A stretch of DNA of 64,000 nt, from the IMG/VR virus record IMGVR_UViG_3300033066_001396, positions 60,567 to 124,566 of that record; one strand, given 5' to 3'. Of this stretch, positions 37,501 through 47,086 are shown one piece after another. Position numbers and translations under genes: made by a program. The notes under the pieces were generated by a model. That model saw only the letters and a list, made by a program, of their open reading frames with translations, ran no database searches and had not been told where the DNA came from. Every line of letters begins with the position of its first letter. Position 1 is the first letter of the stretch. Source of the DNA: a virus (taxonomy: Duplodnaviria; Caudoviricetes).

Positions 37501-40500
37501 ATATGGAAGAGGTTTTACAGTGGCAGGGGTGCCATTGACATTAATGTTGAATTCACCTTTTTGAAGCTTAGCATCTTCCTGTGCTATTGGTTCGTCAGGG
37601 ATATCAATATCCCCGGCCACCATTTTACCTCCGAACCTTGCTTGGTTATTTAGCCTTATAGCTGGATCAATTACATATAGTAGGCCGTCCTCTCCTGTTA
37701 GAATGTTGTCCTGGTGAAGATCTCGTACAATATAGTTGTCATTATAATATGTGCCATACGCTCCTTTAAAGCCCAGCTTGTGCATATATGGAGTTGTATC
37801 ATTAAAATGAGTAGGCACTGCATTAGCTATAAATGGCTGTCTGACTATAGCCATCAAGCCACCAAGATCATTGGTGAAACCAACTAAGGTGTATTTGGTG
37901 GTTGGAAATAGATGATTATGAATAGCTATTCGGTCAAAAAAATCTAACAGGTTTCCATCTTCTTGTCCGTAAAAAGATAAATTATTAACCTTGGTAACAT
38001 ATCCGTCACCGTTAAGATGGATAGTTGATTCTGATCCGCCCTTAAAAATCTTTCCAAACTTATCTACAAGATCTTCCGGCTCTACCCAGATACCTTGAGA
38101 CTTGGCGTAGACCTCTAGTCTTTGTGATTGTTCTTTGACTCTTCTTCCCGCATTTTCTGCGCTATCCTCCCGTGCTCCTGTATCTGTCTCCCTGCTTCTT
38201 CCGCTGATAATGGATGCTGCAACATTATGGATACCGCCTTCAATCCTGCCTTGTTCTGCGCCAGGTGGAAGGCGTTTAAGGGTACTTCTTCCTGCGACGA
38301 TTTCTCTTGCATAATTGTTTACTTTGCGCAAAATTACGGATTCTTCCAGAGCATTGCTAGTGATTGGTGTGCCACTTACTAGCTGCCTGGCTACAATAGA
38401 GGTGAATTGCTTGAAAGTAAGGTTCTGTAATTCCTTGACCGGGAAGTCGGTAAGCGCTCCACCAAAGACCGATTTAATGTTTTCCCAAAGATCATGGAGC
38501 CACTGTACAAATTCTCCTTTTACACTCTTTACCAGCTTCTCTCCTTCGTCGCCGATAGCCCATGCCAGCGCCTCTTCCAATAGCGGGGCCTTGTCACCCT
38601 CATTATATTTTTTGATAAGATCAGCATAGGCACTCGTCTTGCCCTGTCCTAATAACTTGATCAGGTACGACGATTTATCTGCAAGCTTAAGCCCTCGTTG
38701 ATATACATCTGGTGCCGAGTTCTTGGTAAAGCTTATCCATACATGGCCATATTCATGTACCGGGGTATTGGCATTGATTCGATCGCCATTAATATACACC
38801 TTTCCATCATTGCCCACAAAACCGTAAACAATGCCTTTGATGGTACTGATATCTCTGCCGGCCTTATCCTTTACAGCCTGGGCATATTCTTTACCGGTAA
38901 GTACTCCACCGAAGACATTGCCCACACTTTTGTTTAGGTTATCTATTAGCTGGTTGAACGTCTTTATCCCTATCGGTGACATCTTCTCACCTACGAACAA
39001 TTTTTTTATTGCCTGGAACAAGCTTTGTTGCCCCTGTGCTTTATTGGCCTCCTCCTCTGCCCTGACCTTGGCACGATCCAGTGCATCTTTGGCATCTTTG
39101 ACTTGTTTCCTTAAATCGTTAAGCACCCTCTTTATCTCGGCTTTAGTATCTATAAATAATTTGCCCTGTGGTTTATTGCCGCCAAACATGTCGGTTTGCT
39201 CTGCCTGGTCTTTAGCTATACGCGACTCAACATCATTTAACCTTTTCTGTGCTGCCTCATAAAGTATGCGGGCTTTTTTTACATTAGGATCTTCTTTTAT
39301 CTGGAAAGGAGCTTCCTCGTTATTATTCTGTGTCGCTGGCTTCTCTTCTGCCTTGGGAACTGGTTTTGGTTCTGCTTCTTTATCATTAAGGAAATCATCG
39401 ACATTTACAGCCATGTCACCAAGATGTTTGTCGTGAAAGACAATGAATCCATCCTTGATCGATTTCTCTATCTGATTCAACAATGCTTCGGCTCCGTTAG
39501 AGGGAATGCCATCGGCCACATCTTGAAACACTATTTTTTTCTGCGCATTACTCAGTGTCACTCCATAAACGATAGGCATTGATGAGCTAGCTCCTTCAAG
39601 CCATAGCTTCTTAAACAGATCGATGACCTCCTGACTTCTGTTGGATATCAATCCCCTGTCGCGATTAGGGGTTATGCTTTTATAGTTTTGCTCCTTGAAA
39701 TTATTGGCAAGGGAATTTATGCGTGATCCGTCTTTATTGAATACTGACACATAGGTCTTGTCTCTACTCTTGAATCTTTTGATTGTATACCCAAGGGCTG
39801 CAGCCGCTTCCAATGCTTTATTGAATATAGTATTCCCTTTGGCAGTAGCTTTTCCTCTCGCTCCTTCTGCCAGAGCCTCGTAATCGTTTATGGCCTCAAC
39901 TAGGTTTTGTAAGTTTTTTTCTTTAGGCGAAAGAGCTGTTTCCTTCACTCGCTTGGCTTCGGCAGCATCTTGTTGTTCAGCAGTAAGTCCGCTAAGAGAT
40001 AGCTTACTTTCTTCATGCTTAATAATGACCGGAGGAATCTCTTTTAGCTGTTCTTCGATCTTATCAATAGCATCGTCGATGTCCTTTACCTGGGCATCTA
40101 CTTCTTCTGGGTTTTTTTCTTCTTGCTGGCTAACAACTTCTGCTTGGCGTTCTGCAGCCTCCGCCTGAGACTCAATAGTCGTTGAAGATTTGGCATTGTC
40201 GGGCTGGGCGAGTCTTGATTCGATTGCGTTGATTTCATCTTGATTTATTGGTTGTTTTGCTTTTTCTCCTTGAGGTACTGAAGCAGCATTTTCCTTCGCA
40301 CCGGGTTGAACAACGTCCTCCACTTTCGGGGTTTCGGAGGAGGTATTGGTATCTGTTTTTTCATTGTTTAATGCCTTTTCAAGTTTTTTTATTTTGAGAT
40401 CACTAGATACTTTTTGATCAGTAACATCATTATACCATATTCCATTAACCCTGACATGTTTTTCGCCTTTATACTGGACCTCAGCCGGAGGTAATAGGTG

Positions 40501-43500
40501 TTGATTGATTTCGGCAACCTTCTCTTTACTTGCCGTAATTCCTTTGCTATCTACCCACCGGTCCCCTCGTTTGGTGTAGGTTGTTTTGCCGATTGTAACT
40601 GTTTCATTACTTTTTCCATCATCTTCCTTTTGTCCGTTGTTGTCATTTTTGACATTGCTTCCCTTTTCTGTGGGGATAGCTTCTTCAATAGCTCTGATTC
40701 CTTCATCTGATTGTATTTTAGAAAATTGATCTAATACGATTTGATAGGCCAAGTTATCCGCTTGTTGCCCGGTGAACTCCTCTGTCTTAGCTACCTTTCC
40801 TCCTTCAACCTTAGAAAGAGTGACAGAGACAACGTTGCCATCCTGATCTCTTTTGATAGCGTTGTTGATATCATCAGAAACATAAATGTCGTTACCTACC
40901 TTGTAGGTGCGACTATTCATAGATTCTACATTCTTTACTTTAAGACCAAACTCATCCAAGGTCTTATCGGATAAATCATCCAGGTTACCCAGTTCATGAG
41001 TCTGGTTGTTGTTGTATTCCACCGAGACCACACCTCCTTCGGTGACCTTGACAACGCCCTCCTGACCTTTATCATTCTCTACCACGGTATTATCACCTAT
41101 GGTATCATAAAAGGTTATACGATGAGGGGCGGGAGAGTATGGAATAACATCTTTCCCTACTGCATCAGTCTTTTCCAGCACCGGCACATTGTCTGTTGAA
41201 GGCACTGTTTTCGGCACAGTCTCCGCGCTAGTTCCTGCCTGATCTGTAGACGGATTTGTTGATTTTCCGCTGTCAGTTCCGGCGTCTGTTGCGGTTCCAG
41301 GCTGTTTTGCTCCATCTGCAGAAGCTTCGCCGGGCTGAGCTGATTCAGACTTAGCTGCGTCTTCATCGGTGATATCGTTTAATTCATGGTTATCATGCGG
41401 ATTATTTCTGTCAACGGCTTCCCCCTGGCTATTGTATAGATCCCACTTCTCTGTGATTTTATTATCAATCTCGTCGGCTTTCGCCATATATTTTTCCTTG
41501 CCGGGACCAATCTCAATATTATCAGAAGCCATCCTCCACCTATCTCGCTCCGCCATCATCTTCAACAGTTCTTGTTTGTTTTTAGTGGAAAGGCGAGTAT
41601 CTGCCAGTATGCCATCAAACATCTTCTTAGAGCCAGACAGTATCCCTTTTTTTATCGTAGCCTCTCTTGCGGTCAGAGCCCCCTCTTTTTCGAGTGCGTC
41701 AATTACCTGTGTGGTTCCTTCTGGCTCGATCAGTGCTCTGATGTATCCATTCTTCCACCGGTCGCCATCCGTCTCTCCTTTTATATGAGAAAGTGCCTCA
41801 AGGCCACCTACGCTAAATAGCATGGATAAAGCGGTATTGCCTACTCGCAAAGGGTCTAGCTGCTTATCGATACCGTTTCTGGTCCAGTTGAAAGCGGCAT
41901 CCTGTCTGCTCTGCACCTCTTCCTCGATATTTTCCTGGACTCCACTTACTATATATTTCCCGTAGGCATCATAAGCTTTCCGGATGAAGGTAGGCGCTTC
42001 CATCCCGGCGCGGATAAAGCCATCTAGTTCCTGCTTAAGCCCCTTGGCCTTTAATGATTTGGCAACGGCCGTACCCATACCCGTCTCCACTCCAAATCCT
42101 TGCTCTACCAATGACTGGGCCAGGGTGATCATGCCGGCAGTGTTCCAGGCGTAATTAAATCCTTTGCCTACCTTAAGCTGGTCTTCGAAGTTCTGGTGGA
42201 ACATCATTAGCCCGCTGGAGGCGATACCTCCAAGATACTGTACCGCTGGCATCTCACCTCCTGGCACCGACGCAATGGCAGCACTGGTAGCAATTATAGG
42301 TATCATGTTAAGCGCTACCGAGGTGTTGGCGCCTATCATCTTTTTGACGTTAATATGACCACCAGTCAATCCACTATGCACTTCATATTGGCCTCTGTTT
42401 TTTTCGTAGGCGTCGGCCTTTTTCTGTATATCGTCTTCGTTGTTTACATCAATGCGCAGGTCTTTAAAATCTTTGTCCACAGCGCCCTGTATGTCTCCGT
42501 TGCCGTCTACCAGGAACTTTTGTCCATCGACATCAACATATGCATCTATTGGTGTTCCTCGATATGCAGCGGGCATAGTGGCGTCGGCCTCCGCCATCCC
42601 CCTGCTTTTTTCGTTGGCCAGGAACTTTTCGTAACTCTGTCCTTTGCCATTAAGCATATCATCAAGCGACCATGCGCTGTTCTTCCAGCCTAACACAAAT
42701 TGTTTGGCAGCTGACTTAACAAAAGACACTTCATCGCCACCCAGTAGCCCGAAGATAGGATTCTGCGCTTTTAGCGCTGGCATGGCACGATCAATGGATT
42801 GTGCTTCAGCATCTATCTTTTTGACTGCTGCTTGCGCATATTTTTCAACGCCATCGGCTAGGCTGTACCCTGTGGCTATTTGCCGAGATTGTTCGGCTAT
42901 ATGAGAAAAAATATTGTCTATCTTGGCTTTGTCCTCCTCGCTTCCGGTACTCTTGTAGTCGTCAATAGCCATATCCATCTGCCTCTTCAATTTAGCGGCT
43001 CTGTCATTCATGAGATACCTGGCATTGACATAGCTTTCTTTTCTATCCCCTCCATTAAAGGCCTTGGAACTAAGGAAAGCGGTCTGCGCACTGAGAACGG
43101 CTGGCTCTTCAGTGTACTCAGAATCCATTTTCTGCTTTATCTCTGCCTTTTTCTTTTCAACTTCTGCGGCACGATCCTGCATCAGAGAAAGGTCGAACCC
43201 GGTCATTGCACTACCGGCGCCGGCACCACCAAATACATATGATGGTTCGGTCGCTGGCTTGTAACCTGTTTCCTTTAGTCGTTCAGATTCATCGTTAAGG
43301 GATTGAAGTTCGTTTTTTATAGAGGATAGAGAACGAGGCCCAATGGAACTAGGAGTAATCTTCTTGACATTAGGCATTAAAGTGCTTAGTTCGTAATCCT
43401 TAGCTATACGATCATCTAACTCATTGAGCTTTTTGGTTTGGGCCATCTTCTCGGCGTCAGACATCGTGGATCCATGGAAGCCACCGCCCCAGTTTCCTGT

Positions 43501-43833
43501 GTTTATCTCCCTGCTCTTCCCTTTGTTTAATGAATTGGCTATGCTGGTATATTCCTGCTGCAGCTTGCTACGTTCTTCGTCAGATAATTTGTTATTCTGG
43601 ATATATTCCGGAGAGAATACCTTTAAACCAAAAGCTTTGTGTGCCGCCTCCTCTTGCTGGGGAGAATACTGCAGTCCATTGTCACGGAGCAGGCGGCGCA
43701 GAGCCTCAGTATGATTGCCACCAGCGCCCTTAAGGTATTCTGTGACATTTACGTTGGGTATATTGCCTTGCTGAGCAACGCTGGTCAGAAGGTCCGTTTG
43801 ACTGGTAATTGGATCGCCGCCTACAGGCATCAA
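34573..43833 (-). CDS. Giant polyvalent virion protein (3086 aa) with zincin metallopeptidase, kinase-like and EEVQSDW modules
   Basis: TPVHEYGHVW; GGSES..HNHLFP..RQPFI..RDLHQDNIL..VIDP; GFYSPLE..EEVQSDW..IAWTTG. Confidence 0.8.
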   Translation of the reverse strand: MMPVGGDPITSQTDLLTSVAQQGNIPNVNVTEYLKGAGGNHTEALRRLLRDNGLQYSPQQEEAAHKAFGLKVFSPEYIQNNKLSDEERSKLQQEYTSIANSLNKGKSREINTGNWGGGFHGSTMSDAEKMAQTKKLNELDDRIAKDYELSTLMPNVKKITPSSIGPRSLSSIKNELQSLNDESERLKETGYKPATEPSYVFGGAGAGSAMTGFDLSLMQDRAAEVEKKKAEIKQKMDSEYTEEPAVLSAQTAFLSSKAFNGGDRKESYVNARYLMNDRAAKLKRQMDMAIDDYKSTGSEEDKAKIDNIFSHIAEQSRQIATGYSLADGVEKYAQAAVKKIDAEAQSIDRAMPALKAQNPIFGLLGGDEVSFVKSAAKQFVLGWKNSAWSLDDMLNGKGQSYEKFLANEKSRGMAEADATMPAAYRGTPIDAYVDVDGQKFLVDGNGDIQGAVDKDFKDLRIDVNNEDDIQKKADAYEKNRGQYEVHSGLTGGHINVKKMIGANTSVALNMIPIIATSAAIASVPGGEMPAVQYLGGIASSGLMMFHQNFEDQLKVGKGFNYAWNTAGMITLAQSLVEQGFGVETGMGTAVAKSLKAKGLKQELDGFIRAGMEAPTFIRKAYDAYGKYIVSGVQENIEEEVQSRQDAAFNWTRNGIDKQLDPLRVGNTALSMLFSVGGLEALSHIKGETDGDRWKNGYIRALIEPEGTTQVIDALEKEGALTAREATIKKGILSGSKKMFDGILADTRLSTKNKQELLKMMAERDRWRMASDNIEIGPGKEKYMAKADEIDNKITEKWDLYNSQGEAVDRNNPHDNHELNDITDEDAAKSESAQPGEASADGAKQPGTATDAGTDSGKSTNPSTDQAGTSAETVPKTVPSTDNVPVLEKTDAVGKDVIPYSPAPHRITFYDTIGDNTVVENDKGQEGVVKVTEGGVVSVEYNNNQTHELGNLDDLSDKTLDEFGLKVKNVESMNSRTYKVGNDIYVSDDINNAIKRDQDGNVVSVTLSKVEGGKVAKTEEFTGQQADNLAYQIVLDQFSKIQSDEGIRAIEEAIPTEKGSNVKNDNNGQKEDDGKSNETVTIGKTTYTKRGDRWVDSKGITASKEKVAEINQHLLPPAEVQYKGEKHVRVNGIWYNDVTDQKVSSDLKIKKLEKALNNEKTDTNTSSETPKVEDVVQPGAKENAASVPQGEKAKQPINQDEINAIESRLAQPDNAKSSTTIESQAEAAERQAEVVSQQEEKNPEEVDAQVKDIDDAIDKIEEQLKEIPPVIIKHEESKLSLSGLTAEQQDAAEAKRVKETALSPKEKNLQNLVEAINDYEALAEGARGKATAKGNTIFNKALEAAAALGYTIKRFKSRDKTYVSVFNKDGSRINSLANNFKEQNYKSITPNRDRGLISNRSQEVIDLFKKLWLEGASSSMPIVYGVTLSNAQKKIVFQDVADGIPSNGAEALLNQIEKSIKDGFIVFHDKHLGDMAVNVDDFLNDKEAEPKPVPKAEEKPATQNNNEEAPFQIKEDPNVKKARILYEAAQKRLNDVESRIAKDQAEQTDMFGGNKPQGKLFIDTKAEIKRVLNDLRKQVKDAKDALDRAKVRAEEEANKAQGQQSLFQAIKKLFVGEKMSPIGIKTFNQLIDNLNKSVGNVFGGVLTGKEYAQAVKDKAGRDISTIKGIVYGFVGNDGKVYINGDRINANTPVHEYGHVWISFTKNSAPDVYQRGLKLADKSSYLIKLLGQGKTSAYADLIKKYNEGDKAPLLEEALAWAIGDEGEKLVKSVKGEFVQWLHDLWENIKSVFGGALTDFPVKELQNLTFKQFTSIVARQLVSGTPITSNALEESVILRKVNNYAREIVAGRSTLKRLPPGAEQGRIEGGIHNVAASIISGRSRETDTGAREDSAENAGRRVKEQSQRLEVYAKSQGIWVEPEDLVDKFGKIFKGGSESTIHLNGDGYVTKVNNLSFYGQEDGNLLDFFDRIAIHNHLFPTTKYTLVGFTNDLGGLMAIVRQPFIANAVPTHFNDTTPYMHKLGFKGAYGTYYNDNYIVRDLHQDNILTGEDGLLYVIDPAIRLNNQARFGGKMVAGDIDIPDEPIAQEDAKLQKGEFNINVNGTPATVKPLPYGVDVVNGFYSPLEKTLAETKVDKLSVKQWIDKFGKGEEAKWTGLTDWLAQQQGSVSKADIQQYLKDNRIQVVEVVNSGKSEKYYQLVEEQKNASRELDILESDLDNWSDENYKESRDKKYELNDKIKELSNQIKEEESKTKDTKFENYQLEGEKENYKEVLVTMPAPETGAIPDLPKDWGAYLRKGVYEVENASGEVVAKDADIDKAIAKAQPFVPQRKKTNRGEFKSSHFDEPNILVHLRMNTRVDAEGKKVLFLEEVQSDWGQQGKKSGFANTEQISKLRDEETKLRDSVKKNKGEITADTPDDVYNKIRNENKLLEEQIYAIQTKITDLQSKSTPSAPFVTDTNAWTKLGLKVALKEAVKQGADKIAWTTGEQQNDRYDLSKQVDWINAEKTNKGDYKIEVGHKDNRPMETQYLKENELEANLGKELATKIINDGGGMYRGLDLKVGGKGMKGFYGSPAEGSLGIVGNVAKSLFKQEPKITEIQIKEGDISKGRFIHPTITDAGYGMVRDSRNNNEEIYSPNNNITDVKKWIENKMSNKENRGDLFSIQHSIGITPELRAEVSQGLPQFQVKDEIDAREDKTRKQVNKERVDNAMSKVRDAFNEMKILGAINDPRVNAARQAKLIDALFRLAVAKGIQLKDDIVAMIKEQYKNVSNYQAHAMARTIQAYVEAYNKPDLDKNITRDLVENGLDIDSAITFLDNRYKNDTANRPAILKYINDLKAKKAYYESFTEPIEAKSRKEFLDKLGALLAQYKNIATEFREADITGHYEGIDPNILVPDINGSVIHAAQFIQAQHDAYVNEYGGRTKDFIMAIADYLNGPAGKDSIYAETITNGVIYFIAELQASGSKYTTTKYYEDLRAELVKGLADKRSAFGRALAMGTKEKDPIFKERLSKIEEFKNNLDEDIDDEDLDEDTHQETADFVNYVKGEEEQDRKHRKMDSSVSKAAGKNLKTMGAEVVSAVREAVKKCK

Positions 43834-46091
43834 TCAAGCTTTATTCTTTTAGGGACACCAGCATCAGTCTTCGTGGGGGTGGGCACTATTCCCGGAGCGG
43901 CCTGGACAGCCTTAGTGCTGTCTGCCGGAGCTACCGGAACCGCTGGGGCTGTCCCCGTAGCATGGTTTATCAATGAAAGCGTCATAGTCAATGCCTCTGG
44001 TATACGCCTTTCCAAAATCTCTGTTTTTACACTGTCGCTGAGCTTGGTGTATTTCTTTACGTATTCAGCACGGGTATTGGAGATGTCTTGCGCCAAGCGC
44101 TTAAGACTGTCCGGATCAGTACCCGATTTAGCGATAAGTCCTTTGACCTTATTATACAACTTGTCTTTATTGTTTCCCAACATGCCTCCGGTATGCTGTA
44201 TTGCCATATCGCGAAGTAACGGAACTATGGGGCCGGGCACTCCTAGCTTGTCTTTTTGCAGTTGAATATCCAATGGCTTGAAATAGTTGTTGTCAGCCAA
44301 TTCCTCTTGTTTGTCATGAAAGGCTTTTTGCTGATCTGGACTCATGCCATTATATATGGCCTGCACTTTTGCTGCACGTTCTTTACCAGATAATGCAGAA
44401 AGACCTTTTATTGTGGCTTCCCATTCTTTGCCTGCACCCGCCGCCTCGTACATCGCTTTTTGATCATCTTTGTTATTAAACTGATAATGCCCTATACTTA
44501 CCCATCCGTTGTCACTACCATTGACTGCATTATAGCTATCTCCTTGTCCGCTACTTTCTCCATGGCCAATGAAGTTATGAGTATCTGTTTTTAGGTCACC
44601 GGTAGGGGTAAAGTCTACTGGCTGTCCTTTTACATCAGGTTTTATGTCATCAACCTTAACCTGGAACATACGCTCCGATCCGTTACCTCCTGAAGTGGCG
44701 AATATTCCTTTTCCATCATGGCTCTCAGGATACTCCTTGCCTCCTTTATCTCTGATCACATAGTTTTTATCTCCATTGGGTTTGTTAGGGTCTACCGGTT
44801 TAATAACAAGAGTAAATCCAAGTTTTTCAAGGACCTTTGGATTATTGGTCTCCACATACCTTGCTCCATTGGACTCTGTGACATCAGCCTTTGATGCTAT
44901 CCCGTTATCCTTTAGGTATTTGGCATCATCGGAAAACATGCCACCACCTATGGTTGGCTCATTAAGTCCAGAAGTGCCGGCAATAGCTTTGTTTGATCCG
45001 GCTACCCGGTATCTTTCATAATTAATGCCAGAATTACGAAGGATTTGTTTATGTCCTTCAGGAAGATTATCCCATAAGTCCTCTGCGGTACCTATATCGT
45101 TTTTATTGGCATCCAATATCCTTGGAGTACCTTCTTCATCCAATATTATGCCGTTGTATTGCGGCCCTAGATTATACCGACCAGTCTTTAATTTATTGTA
45201 TTCCTTATCCTGGAAGGTAAGTGCTGTACGGCCTGCGCTGGGAGTGCCTTTATTAAGGCTGTCAAGATTCTGCCCACTGTTTTTCAGTTCTCGATTCATG
45301 ACGATCTCCGTGGCTATTGCCCTTAGTCCTGCATCTGAATTTGGATTGTTTGGATCTCCATATACTTTTGCCAGCCCTGTGTTTTGAGAGAAATATTTGG
45401 TAAGGTCATCTATAGCCTTCTTCCTTTCCTCTTCTATCTTGCCAGGTCCATAGATACTATTTTTGCTTTGAATAGCGAGGATACGGCCATTGTCATCACG
45501 CAACACGGTCTCGTCTTTATGTTCCCTGGTATCAAGAAACTTATTACCATAATCATTTATGCTAAGGGCATGTGATCCAAGATTAAGATCTGATGGAGTC
45601 AAGGGCTTTGTTCTATTACCGTCAGCTATTAGTTTATTGGTTGCATCGACCATGGTAGGGTCGGCGCGATCACCGAGCTTCATAATGTGATCGGTATATG
45701 CGTCGGTCATAACCTTATCTTGAATAGCCCCTCGATAGTCAGGATTGGTGGAGAGAGCAAGTTGATAATCTGTAATAGCCTGCTTCATAGCATGGGGATT
45801 ATTGCTCGCTTGCTGCATCTTCTGAGCTGACTCTTGCAACAGCCTATGCGCCACCTCAATCCCTTTTTGCTGATATGGTATATTGGGGTTTAGGCCGGTT
45901 GTGGGGTCTTTTGCAAGAAGCGCATTAAACTGATCTTGGGTATCAGATACTTCTTTCTCTGCATCCCTCTGCTGCAGTAGTTCATTTTGAAATACCTCCA
46001 TCATCATTCTTTCTCCAAAGCGACTATCATCACGCGATGGCAGCGGAATAGGAGAGAACCGGGGCAATATTTTAATAGGATCTATGGCCAT
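43830..46091 (-). CDS. Virion cargo protein with C-terminal lysozyme-like (muramidase) domain
   Basis: HGESSG..YNAVNGSDNGWVSIGHYQFN; DMAIQHTG. Confidence 0.65.
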   Translation of the reverse strand: MAIDPIKILPRFSPIPLPSRDDSRFGERMMMEVFQNELLQQRDAEKEVSDTQDQFNALLAKDPTTGLNPNIPYQQKGIEVAHRLLQESAQKMQQASNNPHAMKQAITDYQLALSTNPDYRGAIQDKVMTDAYTDHIMKLGDRADPTMVDATNKLIADGNRTKPLTPSDLNLGSHALSINDYGNKFLDTREHKDETVLRDDNGRILAIQSKNSIYGPGKIEEERKKAIDDLTKYFSQNTGLAKVYGDPNNPNSDAGLRAIATEIVMNRELKNSGQNLDSLNKGTPSAGRTALTFQDKEYNKLKTGRYNLGPQYNGIILDEEGTPRILDANKNDIGTAEDLWDNLPEGHKQILRNSGINYERYRVAGSNKAIAGTSGLNEPTIGGGMFSDDAKYLKDNGIASKADVTESNGARYVETNNPKVLEKLGFTLVIKPVDPNKPNGDKNYVIRDKGGKEYPESHDGKGIFATSGGNGSERMFQVKVDDIKPDVKGQPVDFTPTGDLKTDTHNFIGHGESSGQGDSYNAVNGSDNGWVSIGHYQFNNKDDQKAMYEAAGAGKEWEATIKGLSALSGKERAAKVQAIYNGMSPDQQKAFHDKQEELADNNYFKPLDIQLQKDKLGVPGPIVPLLRDMAIQHTGGMLGNNKDKLYNKVKGLIAKSGTDPDSLKRLAQDISNTRAEYVKKYTKLSDSVKTEILERRIPEALTMTLSLINHATGTAPAVPVAPADSTKAVQAAPGIVPTPTKTDAGVPKRIKLD

Positions 46092-46095
46092 AACT

Positions 46096-47085
46096 TTATT
46101 GTACTGTTAGGTATTTTTTCCTTCTTTTTAATATATCCTGAATGCCACCAACTTGGGATGGTAGTCCTGCAATAGGTGGTATTATACCGCTATCAAACAT
46201 TCTACTGTCTCCCCTCGGTATTTGCATGTCTAAATTCTTGTCATATGGGCTTTGGTTATCACCGCCGTAAAAATCTGAGTATTGGTTGTCTCCATACCTA
46301 ACCTTTCCGCTATTAATAGTAGGAATCCCAGCAGTATTTAATTGCATCTCCCCATATTTTGTTCTCATTGGAGTGCCATCGGGTTGTTGTCCCAATATGC
46401 CCAATGCATCATTCTGAGGATACTGTGTATTATTTCCATTTCCATTTCCATTTCCGTTGCTATTCCTAAACAACGAAAGGTAGTTAGCAAGAGCATTTAT
46501 CCCGGTACTCTTAAGCAATTTGTTTCTGTCGTATGCCGCCCATTCATTACCAACAGCTTTCTGCATCTCATTGGCGTAGTTGGTGCCCAGGGCTCCGTAG
46601 TTAGCAATCTGGGTATTGCTGTTTTGTGTCATCCTATTTTCTGCATCGGCGGTGGCGGCTCCAAACTGGTCAAGGCGTCTTTGCTTGGCCTGGAGATAAG
46701 CGTTTCTAAGCCCTATATCTCGTTTGTCTTCGTTGACTGCCAGGTTGGCTTTGGCGTTGGCCGCCTGGGCATCTGCGACAGCAATGGTGTTGGCTGCCCG
46801 GTTTAAGGGATTGCTTGCCAACACATTACTTACCACACCCCTAGTACTTCGATCGATCTGCGAATTACTATAATCTTTTAGGTATTGTGGTGTTGACTGA
46901 ACAAAGTTGTTGAGATAGGTGTCTTGGATAGGAGCCACAGCATACTTCTTGTTCTGAGCGAAATTAGAGAGGACGCCAAAAAGAGTGGCCATGCCTAGGT
47001 TTTTCTTGGCACCGGCGACTCTGGCAAATGGGTTGTCTAAAGCGTCGAATATAGCCGGGTTTTTTAAAAAGTCAAACTGTCCCAT
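46096..47085 (-). CDS. Putative virion internal/cargo protein
   Basis: Ala/Asn/Gln-rich helical protein upstream of the giant proteins. Confidence 0.55.
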   Translation of the reverse strand: MGQFDFLKNPAIFDALDNPFARVAGAKKNLGMATLFGVLSNFAQNKKYAVAPIQDTYLNNFVQSTPQYLKDYSNSQIDRSTRGVVSNVLASNPLNRAANTIAVADAQAANAKANLAVNEDKRDIGLRNAYLQAKQRRLDQFGAATADAENRMTQNSNTQIANYGALGTNYANEMQKAVGNEWAAYDRNKLLKSTGINALANYLSLFRNSNGNGNGNGNNTQYPQNDALGILGQQPDGTPMRTKYGEMQLNTAGIPTINSGKVRYGDNQYSDFYGGDNQSPYDKNLDMQIPRGDSRMFDSGIIPPIAGLPSQVGGIQDILKRRKKYLTVQ

Positions 47086-47086
47086 A

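Noticed and set aside
30874-46091. crAss-type virion RNA polymerase among the giant proteins
   Set aside because: No convincing DxDxD (DFDID/DFDGD) catalytic motif was found in the translations; cannot be fully excluded without profile searches.
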